Positions 8,182 through 17,376 of a DNA stretch of 64,000 bases are shown in pieces (the first letter of the stretch is position 1; each line of letters begins with the position of its first letter). The stretch is taken from assembly GCA_965248535.1 (NCBI GenBank), contig CBDFJR010000005.1:1856001-1920000 (forward strand), in the 5' to 3' direction. Both the position numbers and the translations under genes were made by a program. Below the pieces are notes generated by a model. That model saw only the letters and a list, made by a program, of their open reading frames with translations. It did not search any database and was not told the DNA's origin. Source of the DNA: Phormidesmis sp. Its GTDB lineage: Bacteria > Cyanobacteriota > Cyanobacteriia > Leptolyngbyales > Leptolyngbyaceae.

Positions 8182-9670
8182 CACGGCATTAAATAACGTT
8201 TCTAGCTAACTCGGCTTTCATCCCACACCATAACGCTTCGTTTGGTGTGGGATGAAAGCCAGGGCGTTGACGAGTTGTGTCCTTGACTATTGCTTAACGA
8301 CGTTGCGCCAAGGCTTGGACACGAGGGTTTCGCCCCACTTCGTGAGGAGGAAACGCCACTGTCTCAGGCGCTCTAGCAAAATTGTTAATTGGGTTAGAAT
8401 CGCGGAATGTTGAGCCTGACTTACACTTACCGAATCTATCCAGACCTCATCCAGGAAGCTGAAATGCTGTTCTGGTTGGAGCAATGTCGCAAGGTCTACA
8501 ACTTTGCCTTGCGAGAGCGCAAAGACTGGATGAATTCGCGCCAGTGCGCCGTCAACGCTTGCAGCCTCAGAGCGGAATTTATCATTCCAGCCAACGCACC
8601 CTATCCCGACTACTACAAACAAAAGAAAGCCCTGACTCAAGCCAAGAAAGAACGTCCAGACCTTCAGAAAGTCGATGCCCAAGTGTTGCAAGACATCCTG
8701 AAACGACTGGACAAGTCTTTCAAGTTCATGAAAGCGCGAGAATTTGGTTTCCCGCGCTTCAAAAAGTTTGGTCAGATTCGCTCGTTTGTGTTTCCGCAGT
8801 TCAGGGCAAGCCCACTCCGAGGGACTCAGATTAAGCTGCCGAAGGTGGGATTGGTGCCCATCAACTTGCATCGTCCCCTTCCCGATGGGTTCGACCTCAA
8901 GCAAGTGCGCGTGGTGAAGAAAGCATCGGGATGGTACGCCCAACTGATTCTGCAATGTGAGGTTCAAGTGCCCGATATTTTGCCCCATGGTGAACCCATC
9001 GGCATTGATTTAGGTTTGGAAAAGTTCTTGGCGGTTTCGACCGGAGCGTTGATTCAACGACCCCGCTTCTTTGTGGACTTGCAAGGCAAGCTGAAATGGC
9101 TGCAACGCAAATTGAGAAACAAAAAACAGGGTTCTGCGAACTACCGGAAAGTACAAGCCAAGATTCGACGATTGCACGAACAGATTCACGACACGCGGAG
9201 AGAGTTCCATTTTCAAACGGCTCACCAGCTTTGTGATGACGTGGGCATGATTTTTGCCGAAGACCTCAACCTCAAAATGATGAGTCGAGGCATGTTGGCA
9301 AAACATTGTCTGGATGCTGCGTGGGGTAGCTTTCTCGATATCCTGAAATGGGTGAGTTGGAAGCGTGGTGTCTACTTCGCCCAGGTAGACCCCAACGGGA
9401 CGAGTCAAACTTGCCCCAACTGCGGAGCGCAGACCGGGAAGAAAGACCTGAGTGAGCGGGTGCATGAGTGTGGGGAGTGTGGATATGTCACCGACCGAGA
9501 TGTGGCTGCCGCCCAAGTGGTGAGGCAGCGTGGACTTGTAGCGGTGGGACACACCGTGATACTGCCTGTGGAGGAAGGTTGCCTGGGAACCCCGATGAAG
9601 CAGGAAACCTCAAAGTCGACTTTGAGAAGCCCGCTCCATACCGCCTAGCGGTTGGGGGGGAGGATGTCAC
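8182..9670 (+). mobile_element. IS200/IS605-family (IS1341-like, tnpB-only) element; left boundary inferred
   Basis: Left-end 18-bp perfect hairpin 8213-8260, tnpB, right end AAGCCC...GGGGAGGATGTCAC ending at 9670. Confidence 0.8.
8407..9648 (+). CDS. tnpB: TnpB RNA-guided endonuclease
   Basis: YTYRIYP N-terminus; RuvC GIDLG / FAEDL / DRDVAAA intact; Zn ribbon CPNC...CGEC. Confidence 0.96.
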   Translation: MLSLTYTYRIYPDLIQEAEMLFWLEQCRKVYNFALRERKDWMNSRQCAVNACSLRAEFIIPANAPYPDYYKQKKALTQAKKERPDLQKVDAQVLQDILKRLDKSFKFMKAREFGFPRFKKFGQIRSFVFPQFRASPLRGTQIKLPKVGLVPINLHRPLPDGFDLKQVRVVKKASGWYAQLILQCEVQVPDILPHGEPIGIDLGLEKFLAVSTGALIQRPRFFVDLQGKLKWLQRKLRNKKQGSANYRKVQAKIRRLHEQIHDTRREFHFQTAHQLCDDVGMIFAEDLNLKMMSRGMLAKHCLDAAWGSFLDILKWVSWKRGVYFAQVDPNGTSQTCPNCGAQTGKKDLSERVHECGECGYVTDRDVAAAQVVRQRGLVAVGHTVILPVEEGCLGTPMKQETSKSTLRSPLHTA

Positions 9671-9690
9671 AATCGACTTGAGACGCAAGC
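9540..9690 (+). ncRNA. Predicted omegaRNA/reRNA scaffold plus guide (guide from flanking purN DNA)
   Basis: TnpB reRNAs overlap the tnpB 3' end and right end (established). Hairpins such as CTCAAAGTCGACTTTGAG are present. 5' boundary approximate. Confidence 0.6.
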
Positions 9691-10313
9691 CCGATCGCCT
9701 GCGGATAAATCTGATGTTCTTGAAGATGAATCCGATTTTGCAGCGTTTCAACCGTGTCATCGGGCAACACAGGCACCGCCGCCTGCATGATAATGGTGCC
9801 GCTATCCACTTCGGGCACGACGATATGAACGGTGCAGCCCGTGATTTTTACGCCCGCTTCTAAGGCTTGTTCAACAGCGCGATTGCCTTTAAAGCTAGGC
9901 AACAAACTGGGGTGAATGTTCAAAATCCGATGTTCAAAGGCGTGAATCAACACGGGCGTGACAATTCGCATCCAGCCTGCCATGATCACCCAGTCAACCC
10001 CCGCTTGCTGAAGGGCTTGCCCGATCGCCCGATCGAGATCTTCTCGATGCTGAAACTCACGATGATTAAACAAGGCTGAAGGCACGCCCCACCGCGCTGC
10101 CCGATCGACCACTTTTGCCCCCGGATTGTTGTAGATCAGCAGATTAACTTGGGCGTTGAGTTGGCGATCGCCGATCGCCTGCGCGATCGCTTCAAAGTTG
10201 CTGCCGCTGCCCGATGCCATCACGCCCAACTTGATCGGAGGGTGGGGGGCAGCGATCGGGATCAAACTAGGAGAAATCAAACTAGGATTATCGCTGAGGG
10301 TCAGACTGCTCAT
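9645..10313 (-). CDS. purN: Phosphoribosylglycinamide formyltransferase
   Basis: GVMASGSGSNF, MAGWMRI, LNIHPSLLPSF, GCTVH, VDSG. Start may be 10313 or 10346. Confidence 0.96.
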   Translation of the reverse strand: MSSLTLSDNPSLISPSLIPIAAPHPPIKLGVMASGSGSNFEAIAQAIGDRQLNAQVNLLIYNNPGAKVVDRAARWGVPSALFNHREFQHREDLDRAIGQALQQAGVDWVIMAGWMRIVTPVLIHAFEHRILNIHPSLLPSFKGNRAVEQALEAGVKITGCTVHIVVPEVDSGTIIMQAAVPVLPDDTVETLQNRIHLQEHQIYPQAIGLASQVDCDILPPNR

Positions 10314-10434
10314 CGCGGTTGGGGTAAGAAAACTCAGAAAACTCAATCATACTAACAGTGAGTCTTGCCGCTCTAACCAGAAGTTGACACCTCCGCTAAC
10401 TTGACTTCACCTCTTCCTCAAGCACAATTTACCC

Positions 10435-11340
10435 ATGTCATCTGATTTGCCCGATCGCACTCCCGATTCTCTCCTGTCTCGCACCTTAGATAATCCGACG
10501 ATCGCGGCCTGGGTTTTTCTATCGCCTGCCCTGATCTTGCTGGGCGTGTTTGTACTCTATCCGATCGTCTATCTGGGCTATCTCAGCTTTACGACGGGCA
10601 GCTTTACCAGAGCCGGGGTGCATTGGGTGGGGTTGAGAAACTATTTGCGGCTCCTGTCTAGCCCTGATTTTTGGCAGGTTTTGGGCAACACGGCTTATTT
10701 TACGATCGCGACTGTGATCCCCAGTGTGATGATTCCGTTAGGGCTGGCGGTGATGCTCGATCGCACGGTTGCCTTGCGAGGGTTGCTTCGAGCCGCTTAC
10801 TTTATCCCATCGATCACGTCGCTTGTGGCGGTGGGGCTGGGGTGGCGCTGGCTGTTTCAAACCGATGGCGTAGTGAATGATTGGCTGAGCACGATCGGAG
10901 TGCCGCCTATCTCTTGGCTGCAAGACCCCGCTTGGGCAATGCCTGTCTTAATTTTGTTGAGCATCTGGAAGCAGTTGGGATTTAACCTGGTGGTCTTTTT
11001 AGCAGGGTTGCAAACTATTCCGGTGAGTCGCTATGAGGCAGCCGCCTTAGATGGAGCCGATGCCAGGCAAACGTTTTGGTATGTGACACTGCCCGGTTTG
11101 CGTCCAACGCTGATCTTTGCGGCTGTCACAACCGCGATTTTTACGCTTCGCAGCTTTGAGCAGGTCTATGTGATCACGGGCGGTGGGCCGCTCAACTCGA
11201 CTAATCTGCTGGTTTATTATGTCTATGACCAGGCGTTTGCTCAGTTTGATTTTGGCTATGCTGCTGCCGCTGCAACGGTTTTGCTGGTTGTGACGCTGAT
11301 TTTGGTTTATTGGCAGCTACGATCGGGCGAAGAATCGTAG
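10435..11340 (+). CDS. Carbohydrate ABC transporter permease
   Basis: EAAALDGA (EAA motif), W..LGFN.VVFLAGLQ, ITGGGP. Confidence 0.93.
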   Translation: MSSDLPDRTPDSLLSRTLDNPTIAAWVFLSPALILLGVFVLYPIVYLGYLSFTTGSFTRAGVHWVGLRNYLRLLSSPDFWQVLGNTAYFTIATVIPSVMIPLGLAVMLDRTVALRGLLRAAYFIPSITSLVAVGLGWRWLFQTDGVVNDWLSTIGVPPISWLQDPAWAMPVLILLSIWKQLGFNLVVFLAGLQTIPVSRYEAAALDGADARQTFWYVTLPGLRPTLIFAAVTTAIFTLRSFEQVYVITGGGPLNSTNLLVYYVYDQAFAQFDFGYAAAAATVLLVVTLILVYWQLRSGEES

Positions 11341-11377
11341 GGACACACGATCGTTGCCCCCACAAAATCTCTGGGCG

Positions 11378-11554
11378 TTAGTTGTCGGCCGGAAACGTCC
11401 GTTTAAACTCGTCCAGCAGGTCGTCCATTTCTTCTAGCGCCTGATTGACATCAATTCGCAGCGTTCCTAGATCGGGCTGTTCTAATAGACGCAGCAATGA
11501 TTCGCGCTTGGCTTCAATCAGTTTGATCCGTTCTTTAATCGTTTCGACTTCCAT
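11378..11554 (-). CDS. Small hypothetical protein
   Basis: MEVETIKERI...LGTLRIDVNQALEEMDDLLDEF; GAGGAG RBS upstream. Confidence 0.75.
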   Translation of the reverse strand: MEVETIKERIKLIEAKRESLLRLLEQPDLGTLRIDVNQALEEMDDLLDEFKRTFPADN

Positions 11555-11744
11555 AATGCTCCTCGGCTGGCTCCCCAAATGTTGCTAATAGTTAAGCTCT
11601 AACAATTCTAATCAGCTTCGGGGTGAAGTGGTCGCTAGAGTTTGCTTGAGACCATCCGTTTGATCGGGTCTTTCACCGCGCTTGTTGGTCAATCAAACGG
11701 CGTGGATGAGGGGGCGCGATAAATTTCTGGACAACCGAATCGAT

Positions 11745-12518
11745 TCAGTCTGCGCTCAAAAACTCTAAATAGGCGTGGCTGATTTCTTTGACGGCCAACT
11801 CATAAAACTGCTTGCCATGCTCAGGGGTTGCCAGTGCCGGGTTCGATCCCATTCGCCCATCGGGGTAACGCCGCCGAAAGTCGATCGCGCCATAAATCTT
11901 GTGGCTTTTCGAGACTTCCTCGCTCAAAGGGGCTTGCTTGATCGCGTCGGGATAGACATATTGAGTCAGGGCCACCTCGCTCGGCGTGGCGTGAGAGCCT
12001 TCTTGGTCGCCATATAGCTCCTTCGCCAGCCTATAGACCGACCCACCCATATACCAATTGCTGACTTGACACTGCACCCGATCGGCTTCAGGCATTCCCA
12101 GATCAGCTAGGTGGGCATAGGTTTCAGAAAAAGCGGCTTTCATCGTTGCCACATTGCCCCCGTGACCGTTGATAAAAAAGAATTTCCGAAACCCGCTTTT
12201 GGCAAGACAGGTAATATAATCTCTCAGCATTAAAATCATCGTGCTAGGTCGGAGGCTCATGCTGCCCGGAAACGCCGTGTGGTGTAAAGCCATACCCACG
12301 TTGATAGTGGGAGCTACCAGCCCATGAGTCGCCTCGCCCACTCCCCGTGCGATCGCTTCTGCACAGATGGCATCGGTTCCTATCAGCCCGATCGGGCTAT
12401 GTTGCTCAGTAGACCCGATCGGCAAAATGATTCCTGTTGACTGCTCAAGATACGTTTCAACGTCTAGCCAAGTACTCAGATGCAGCAACATAGGCGCTTT
12501 GGGTAAGGTTTCCTTCAC
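11745..12518 (-). CDS. Creatininase-family protein
   Basis: PIGSTEQH, GTD, NGHGGN, SHATPSE. Confidence 0.92.
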   Translation of the reverse strand: MKETLPKAPMLLHLSTWLDVETYLEQSTGIILPIGSTEQHSPIGLIGTDAICAEAIARGVGEATHGLVAPTINVGMALHHTAFPGSMSLRPSTMILMLRDYITCLAKSGFRKFFFINGHGGNVATMKAAFSETYAHLADLGMPEADRVQCQVSNWYMGGSVYRLAKELYGDQEGSHATPSEVALTQYVYPDAIKQAPLSEEVSKSHKIYGAIDFRRRYPDGRMGSNPALATPEHGKQFYELAVKEISHAYLEFLSAD

Positions 12519-12634
12519 TATAAATGAATAGACATGACCCTGGAAGACCTCTCCCCTAGAACGAATTCGGGTACGCTAAACAGCTATGATTTGAATCAGT
12601 TGAATCTTTGCTGCTGAAGTCAAATGTTGGGTAC

Positions 12635-13483
12635 GTGGATCTAAATCAAGTCTTTAAAACCCCTAATCCGATTATTGGTGTCGTGCATTTGTTGCCCCTG
12701 CCGACTTCCCCGCGTTGGGGTGGCAGTCTCAAGGCAATCATCGATCGCGCCGAACAAGAAGCAACTGCTCTAGCGGCGGGTGGCGTAGATGGCATCATCG
12801 TCGAAAACTTTTTTGATGCTCCCTTTCCTAAAGATCACGTCGATCCGGCGGTGGTGAGCGCCATGACCGTTGTGACTCAGCGATTGATGAATATGGTGAC
12901 GCTGCCGATCGGGATCAATGTGCTGAGAAACGATGCTCAAAGTGCTTTCGCGATCGCGGCTTGTGTCCACGCTGAGTTCATTCGGGTCAACGTCTGGACG
13001 GGGATCATGGCCACCGACCAAGGGATGATCGAGGGCCGCGCCCATGAGTTGCTGCGCTATCGGCGCGAGTTAGGATGTGATGTCAAAGTTTTTGCCGATG
13101 TGCTGGTGAAACATGCCCGACCGCTAGGTTCGCCCAATTTAACCACGGCGGTGCAGGACACGATCGAGCGAGGGTTAGCCGATGCGGTGATCCTCTCTGG
13201 GTGGGCAACGGGCAACCCTCCGAGTTTAGAAGATCTAGAACTCGCTAGCGCCGCCGCTAATGGAACGCCCGTCTTGATTGGCAGTGGTGCCGATTGGGAG
13301 AATATTTCTAAATTGATGACGGCGGCAGATGGGGTGATTGTGTCGAGTTCGCTCAAGCGTCAGGGAAAACGAGAAAACTCGATCGACCCAAATCGAGTCA
13401 GTCGTTTTGTCGAAGCCACTCGGTGCAGCGTGTCTTCAGACAATCAAATCAAACCCACTTCTTCGATGAGTTTACACTCCTAA
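12635..13483 (+). CDS. btpA: Photosystem I biogenesis protein BtpA (BtpA/SgcQ family)
   Basis: IIGVVHLLPLP, IIVENFFDAPF, GINVLRND, ADVLVKH; GTG start. Confidence 0.93.
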   Translation: MDLNQVFKTPNPIIGVVHLLPLPTSPRWGGSLKAIIDRAEQEATALAAGGVDGIIVENFFDAPFPKDHVDPAVVSAMTVVTQRLMNMVTLPIGINVLRNDAQSAFAIAACVHAEFIRVNVWTGIMATDQGMIEGRAHELLRYRRELGCDVKVFADVLVKHARPLGSPNLTTAVQDTIERGLADAVILSGWATGNPPSLEDLELASAAANGTPVLIGSGADWENISKLMTAADGVIVSSSLKRQGKRENSIDPNRVSRFVEATRCSVSSDNQIKPTSSMSLHS

Positions 13484-13506
13484 AAATAGGAATATGGTAA
13501 ATCTTG

Positions 13507-14136
13507 ATGATGCATTTTGAACTCCTGGAAAAACTTGTTGCTCAACCTGTGCAGTCTGATGAAACAGAACAGCGATTTCTCATGAGTGGGGTCAGTTGGC
13601 AACAATATGAAACCCTGCTCAATGAAATTGGAGAAAGTTTTCCGGGCTTGCGCGTGACTTACCTAGAAGGGACTTTAGAAATCATGGCTCCTAGTCGCAA
13701 GCATGAATTTAACAAGTCGGTCATTGGTTCTCTACTAGAAGCTTACTTTCAAGAAACTCGGACTCGCTATTATCCATTAGGCTCAACCACGTTTCGTCAA
13801 CAGGCAAAAGCAAGAGGAGCAGAGCCAGATGAATGTTATTGTATCGGTTCAAATAAAGAGTTTCCCAATATCGTGATCGAGGTGATTAAAACGAGTGGGG
13901 GACTCAACAAATTAGATGTTTACAAAGGATTAGAAGTCTCGGAAGTTTGGTTTTGGAAGAACGATCGCTTCTCACTTTATCGGCTGATGGGAGAAAGTTA
14001 TGAGTTGTGCGATCGCAGTGAGTTTCTACCAGATCTCGATTTAAACCTACTAGCAAATTACGTTCTTCAAGCCGAACCTCTAGATGCAGTTTTAGAGTTT
14101 CGAGAAGTCGTTCGCAAACAAAATAAACAGCAATAA
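13507..14136 (+). CDS. Uma2-family endonuclease
   Basis: GVSWQQYE, TYLEGTLEIMAPS..HE, LGSTTFR, EPDECY, IVIEV. Confidence 0.93.
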   Translation: MMHFELLEKLVAQPVQSDETEQRFLMSGVSWQQYETLLNEIGESFPGLRVTYLEGTLEIMAPSRKHEFNKSVIGSLLEAYFQETRTRYYPLGSTTFRQQAKARGAEPDECYCIGSNKEFPNIVIEVIKTSGGLNKLDVYKGLEVSEVWFWKNDRFSLYRLMGESYELCDRSEFLPDLDLNLLANYVLQAEPLDAVLEFREVVRKQNKQQ

Positions 14137-14169
14137 ATCTAATAGGAATTATCCCAAAACATTGACTAC

Positions 14170-14952
14170 CTAAATCCATCCCCGCAGCCAATAGACCGCA
14201 ATTCCAACATACTCCTTTAAGGCTCTGGTGGTGCGTCGAAGTTGGTCAGCGTCTGGCAGCGCATCGAGGATATGGGCCTCTGTCGTTTTGGCTTGAGGGT
14301 CAGACAGAGTAACGGTAAAATCTGTGGGGGCCGCGATCGCTTCCACTCCCAGCTTTCTAAAAATCATCAGCGATCGCGGCATGTGCATGGCAGAAGTCAC
14401 CAACAGCACCCGACGAATTCCTTGAGCCTCCATAATTTGCTTGACGTTGACCGCATTCTCGCGGGTGTTGAGCGAATAGGGATCTTGCAGCATCGCCGAT
14501 CGGGGAACGCCCATCGGCTCCAGCAAAATTGCCATATCTTCAGACTCAGGATTGCCGCTGATGCGCCACTCAACCCGGCCGCCGCTCAAGATCAGACGCG
14601 GAGCTTTGCCATCTCGATAGAGTTTGGCCGCATAGAGCACGCGATCGCCCTCTTCTTTAATTTCCACCCACGGACGCGGTAATAAAGCAGACTCAGTACA
14701 TCCACCCAGAACCACGATCGCGTCTGTCTTTGGCAACTCGGCCGGGAGGTTTTGAAACTCTAGCGATCGCGCTAACCGATCGCTCACGCCAGCATTGCTG
14801 CTCAACACAAGAATCAGCAACACCATCCCGATCGGAATCGCCGCCAGCCGGGGACGCTTCCACAACAGTAAAAACGCCACTATTAACAACAAACATGACA
14901 GGCCCAGTGGGTATAAAAGCAGAGGCAGCAGTTTTGAACTAAAAAGAAACAT
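14170..14952 (-). CDS. YdcF/ElyC (DUF218) family protein
   Basis: AIVVLGG, ILSGG, SLNTRENA, LVTSAMHMPRS, ALKEYVG. Confidence 0.92.
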   Translation of the reverse strand: MFLFSSKLLPLLLYPLGLSCLLLIVAFLLLWKRPRLAAIPIGMVLLILVLSSNAGVSDRLARSLEFQNLPAELPKTDAIVVLGGCTESALLPRPWVEIKEEGDRVLYAAKLYRDGKAPRLILSGGRVEWRISGNPESEDMAILLEPMGVPRSAMLQDPYSLNTRENAVNVKQIMEAQGIRRVLLVTSAMHMPRSLMIFRKLGVEAIAAPTDFTVTLSDPQAKTTEAHILDALPDADQLRRTTRALKEYVGIAVYWLRGWI

Positions 14953-15130
14953 AAGGACAGTTAAAGAATTGTCAACTATTGTGCTGAAGATTATAGAAAA
15001 TACAGCAAACTATATACTATGTAACCAAAGCTACCCGTATATCAACAACGGCAAGCCTATCGGTTCGTTATCAGGGTGCTCTTGATCTTAGACGGTTGCT
15101 TCCATTCATCGACCTATCACTGGCTGACCA

Positions 15131-15988
15131 ATGCGACGACAGCTTGCGCCTGCAATAACTTACTACATCCGTAGACTTCTCCATCAACATCATGATCAGT
15201 TGAGGTTTCCAGTCGTTGACGACAGCGGCAAACAAGCCGATGCCAACACCACCTTAGGTGAGATTCTCGCCAGTTTGTATGTCAAAGAGCAAAAAATTGA
15301 CTCGGTGATGTTTGAAGTCGAGCGATTAGCCTTGCTGCATCAGTCTCTCAGCCGAGCTAGCGTCAAAGACCTTCAAGATCTCCAAAACGTCGAGAAACAG
15401 ATTTTTGGACTACTGGGCTGTGAGCTTAAGGAGGTTGCCAGTCCGATGACGTTCCCCGGAAACACGACCCTCATCTACCCCAATCGCCACTCTAGCCACG
15501 ACCCCGAAAAAACGTCTCGCCTCAGAAGCATTTTGATTGTCGATGCTGAACCTGCCAGCCGTCATTTGTTGGCTACTGCGCTGACGCATCATGGCTATCG
15601 CGTTCACCTTGCCAATGATGGCCGAGAAGCCCTCGAAAACGTTCAGCGTCTCCGCCCTGATGCAATTTTGCTAGATGTGGTCTTGCCTGACATCAATGGC
15701 TATGGGGTGTGCGAACAGTTCAAGGTCGATCGCTCTACTCAAAAAATTCCAGTTCTGTTTTTGAGCGCTATCAATAGTGTTACCAGCAAAGTCCAGGCTT
15801 TTCATGTGGGCGGCGTTGACTACATTACAAAACCCTTTCATGTTGAAGAAGTTTTAGTTCGCGTTGAGCATCAAGTCAATTTGCGCTGTGTGCAAAAGCA
15901 GCAAGAAGAATGGACGAGTCGCCTTCAGCGAGAAATTCAAGAACTCAAGCAAACAAAAACTAAATCCTATCAAACCACACTTTATTAG
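15131..15988 (+). CDS. Response regulator (N-terminal extension + receiver domain, no clear output domain)
   Basis: ILIVDAE, ILLDVVLPDINGY, GGVDYITKPF. Confidence 0.85.
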   Translation: MRRQLAPAITYYIRRLLHQHHDQLRFPVVDDSGKQADANTTLGEILASLYVKEQKIDSVMFEVERLALLHQSLSRASVKDLQDLQNVEKQIFGLLGCELKEVASPMTFPGNTTLIYPNRHSSHDPEKTSRLRSILIVDAEPASRHLLATALTHHGYRVHLANDGREALENVQRLRPDAILLDVVLPDINGYGVCEQFKVDRSTQKIPVLFLSAINSVTSKVQAFHVGGVDYITKPFHVEEVLVRVEHQVNLRCVQKQQEEWTSRLQREIQELKQTKTKSYQTTLY

Positions 15989-16103
15989 ACCCAGACGAGC
16001 AGATTTTTCTGGCTTCTTTTGTGAGCGTCATTTGTCTGAGGTAATCGTTCATATTTTCTCCCTCTAGAGTCGGATTATAAAGTCGTCAAATGATCTTCTT
16101 GGG

Positions 16104-16147
16104 TCAGCCAACGGAAGGATGAACGAACCCGATCGCTGTGCCAATCT
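16104..16147 (+). promoter_or_regulatory. Putative activator box + 22 nt + -10 (CAATCT)
   Basis: TCAGCCAACGGAAGGA (16104-16119), CAATCT (16142-16147); second box TCCCTCTAGAGTCGGA at 16059-16074. Confidence 0.4.
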
Positions 16148-16193
16148 TGAAGACGAAATGCCGATTTAATGATCACTAATTGGAGAACGGAAA

Positions 16194-17231
16194 ATGGTAA
16201 TGACACTTGATGATACAAAGCGGATGGCGATCGCTATGAAGCTGGCAGACATGAAGGCAGTCCAAGAGCTTCTGATCTCTAACGAGCAAACGTTCATCTC
16301 GGCTGTAAATGACAGCGATATCGCCGATCGCTTGAGAGAGATGATCAAAGATGACCAAAAAAACTTGGGTATTTTAGAGACCGTCATGGTGCAGTATGGC
16401 GTGAAGTCAGAACCCAAAGAAACCGTTTTAGAGATGGTCAAAAAGCTTGGTGAATTAATGTCAGGGTCTAAACTGACTACTTATGAAAAGGTCTTTCAGC
16501 ATGAGCTTCTTAAGCATCAGCAAGTGATGACGGGCATTGTGATTCACAAAGCGGCTCAAAAAGTTGGGGCTGATGTAGAAGCTGCGATCACGCCGCTCAA
16601 CACGGTCAACTTTGAAAACCGTGCTCACCAAGAGCAACTCAAAGGCATTCTAGAAGTTTTAGGAGTTCGCGAACTGACGGGAATGGAGGCAGATCAGGGG
16701 CTGTGGGCACGGGTGCAAGACTCGGTTGCGGCCTTGACGGGCGCTGTGGGCAGCGTCGTCACTCAAACTAGCCCTAAGTCTGACATGAATATTCAGGATG
16801 TGATTCGGATGGATCACCAAAAGGTAAACACCCTGTTTATGGAGATTGACGCAACGCAAGATCCTCAAAAGCGGCAAGAATATTTTGGCCAAATCTATAA
16901 AGATTTGAATGTTCACTCGCTTGCCGAAGAAGAGGTGGCTTATCCTGCTGTTCGAGGTAAGTATCCTGATGGTGATCTTAAGGAGCTTTATGATGAGCAA
17001 GCTGAAATGAAGGTTCTCTTAGATCAGATCCGTGTTATGAATCCATCGTCTGAAGACTTTATGAACGCAATTCATCGTCTGAAAGATATTGTGATGGATC
17101 ACGTTCGTCAAGAAGAAAGCACTTTCTTTGCTGCCATTCGCGATAGCTTCAGCAGCGCAGAAAGTGAACAATTGGCTACTCAATTCAAAGCTGCGAAGAG
17201 CAAACTTCAAGATGAAATGAGTGCTCATTAA
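16194..17231 (+). CDS. Hemerythrin-domain protein with ferritin-like N-terminus
   Basis: IRMDHQKV, HSLAEEEVAYP, HVRQEE. Confidence 0.85.
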   Translation: MVMTLDDTKRMAIAMKLADMKAVQELLISNEQTFISAVNDSDIADRLREMIKDDQKNLGILETVMVQYGVKSEPKETVLEMVKKLGELMSGSKLTTYEKVFQHELLKHQQVMTGIVIHKAAQKVGADVEAAITPLNTVNFENRAHQEQLKGILEVLGVRELTGMEADQGLWARVQDSVAALTGAVGSVVTQTSPKSDMNIQDVIRMDHQKVNTLFMEIDATQDPQKRQEYFGQIYKDLNVHSLAEEEVAYPAVRGKYPDGDLKELYDEQAEMKVLLDQIRVMNPSSEDFMNAIHRLKDIVMDHVRQEESTFFAAIRDSFSSAESEQLATQFKAAKSKLQDEMSAH

Positions 17232-17293
17232 TAGTGCTTGTTGATCAAAGTTTTCTGATTTAAGTCAGCTTTGAGAGATTATTTCTTTTAGAG

Positions 17294-17330
17294 ATCGTAA
17301 GAAGGTTTTTGAACTTTCTTACGATTTTCT
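17294..17330 (+). terminator. Hairpin terminator
   Basis: ATCGTAAGAAGGTT...AACTTTCTTACGAT followed by TTTCT. Confidence 0.6.
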
Positions 17331-17376
17331 GTGTTTAAATAGACACGAAGCTTTTTGCCTTTTATAACTAAATTTT

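Noticed and set aside
8287..9552. Minus-strand ORFs of 233 and 180 aa
   Set aside because: Antisense to tnpB; not TnpA (no HUH motif).
10261..10287. 12-nt direct repeat ATCAAACTAGGA
   Set aside because: Trivial micro-duplication in the variable purN N-terminus (PSLISPSLI).
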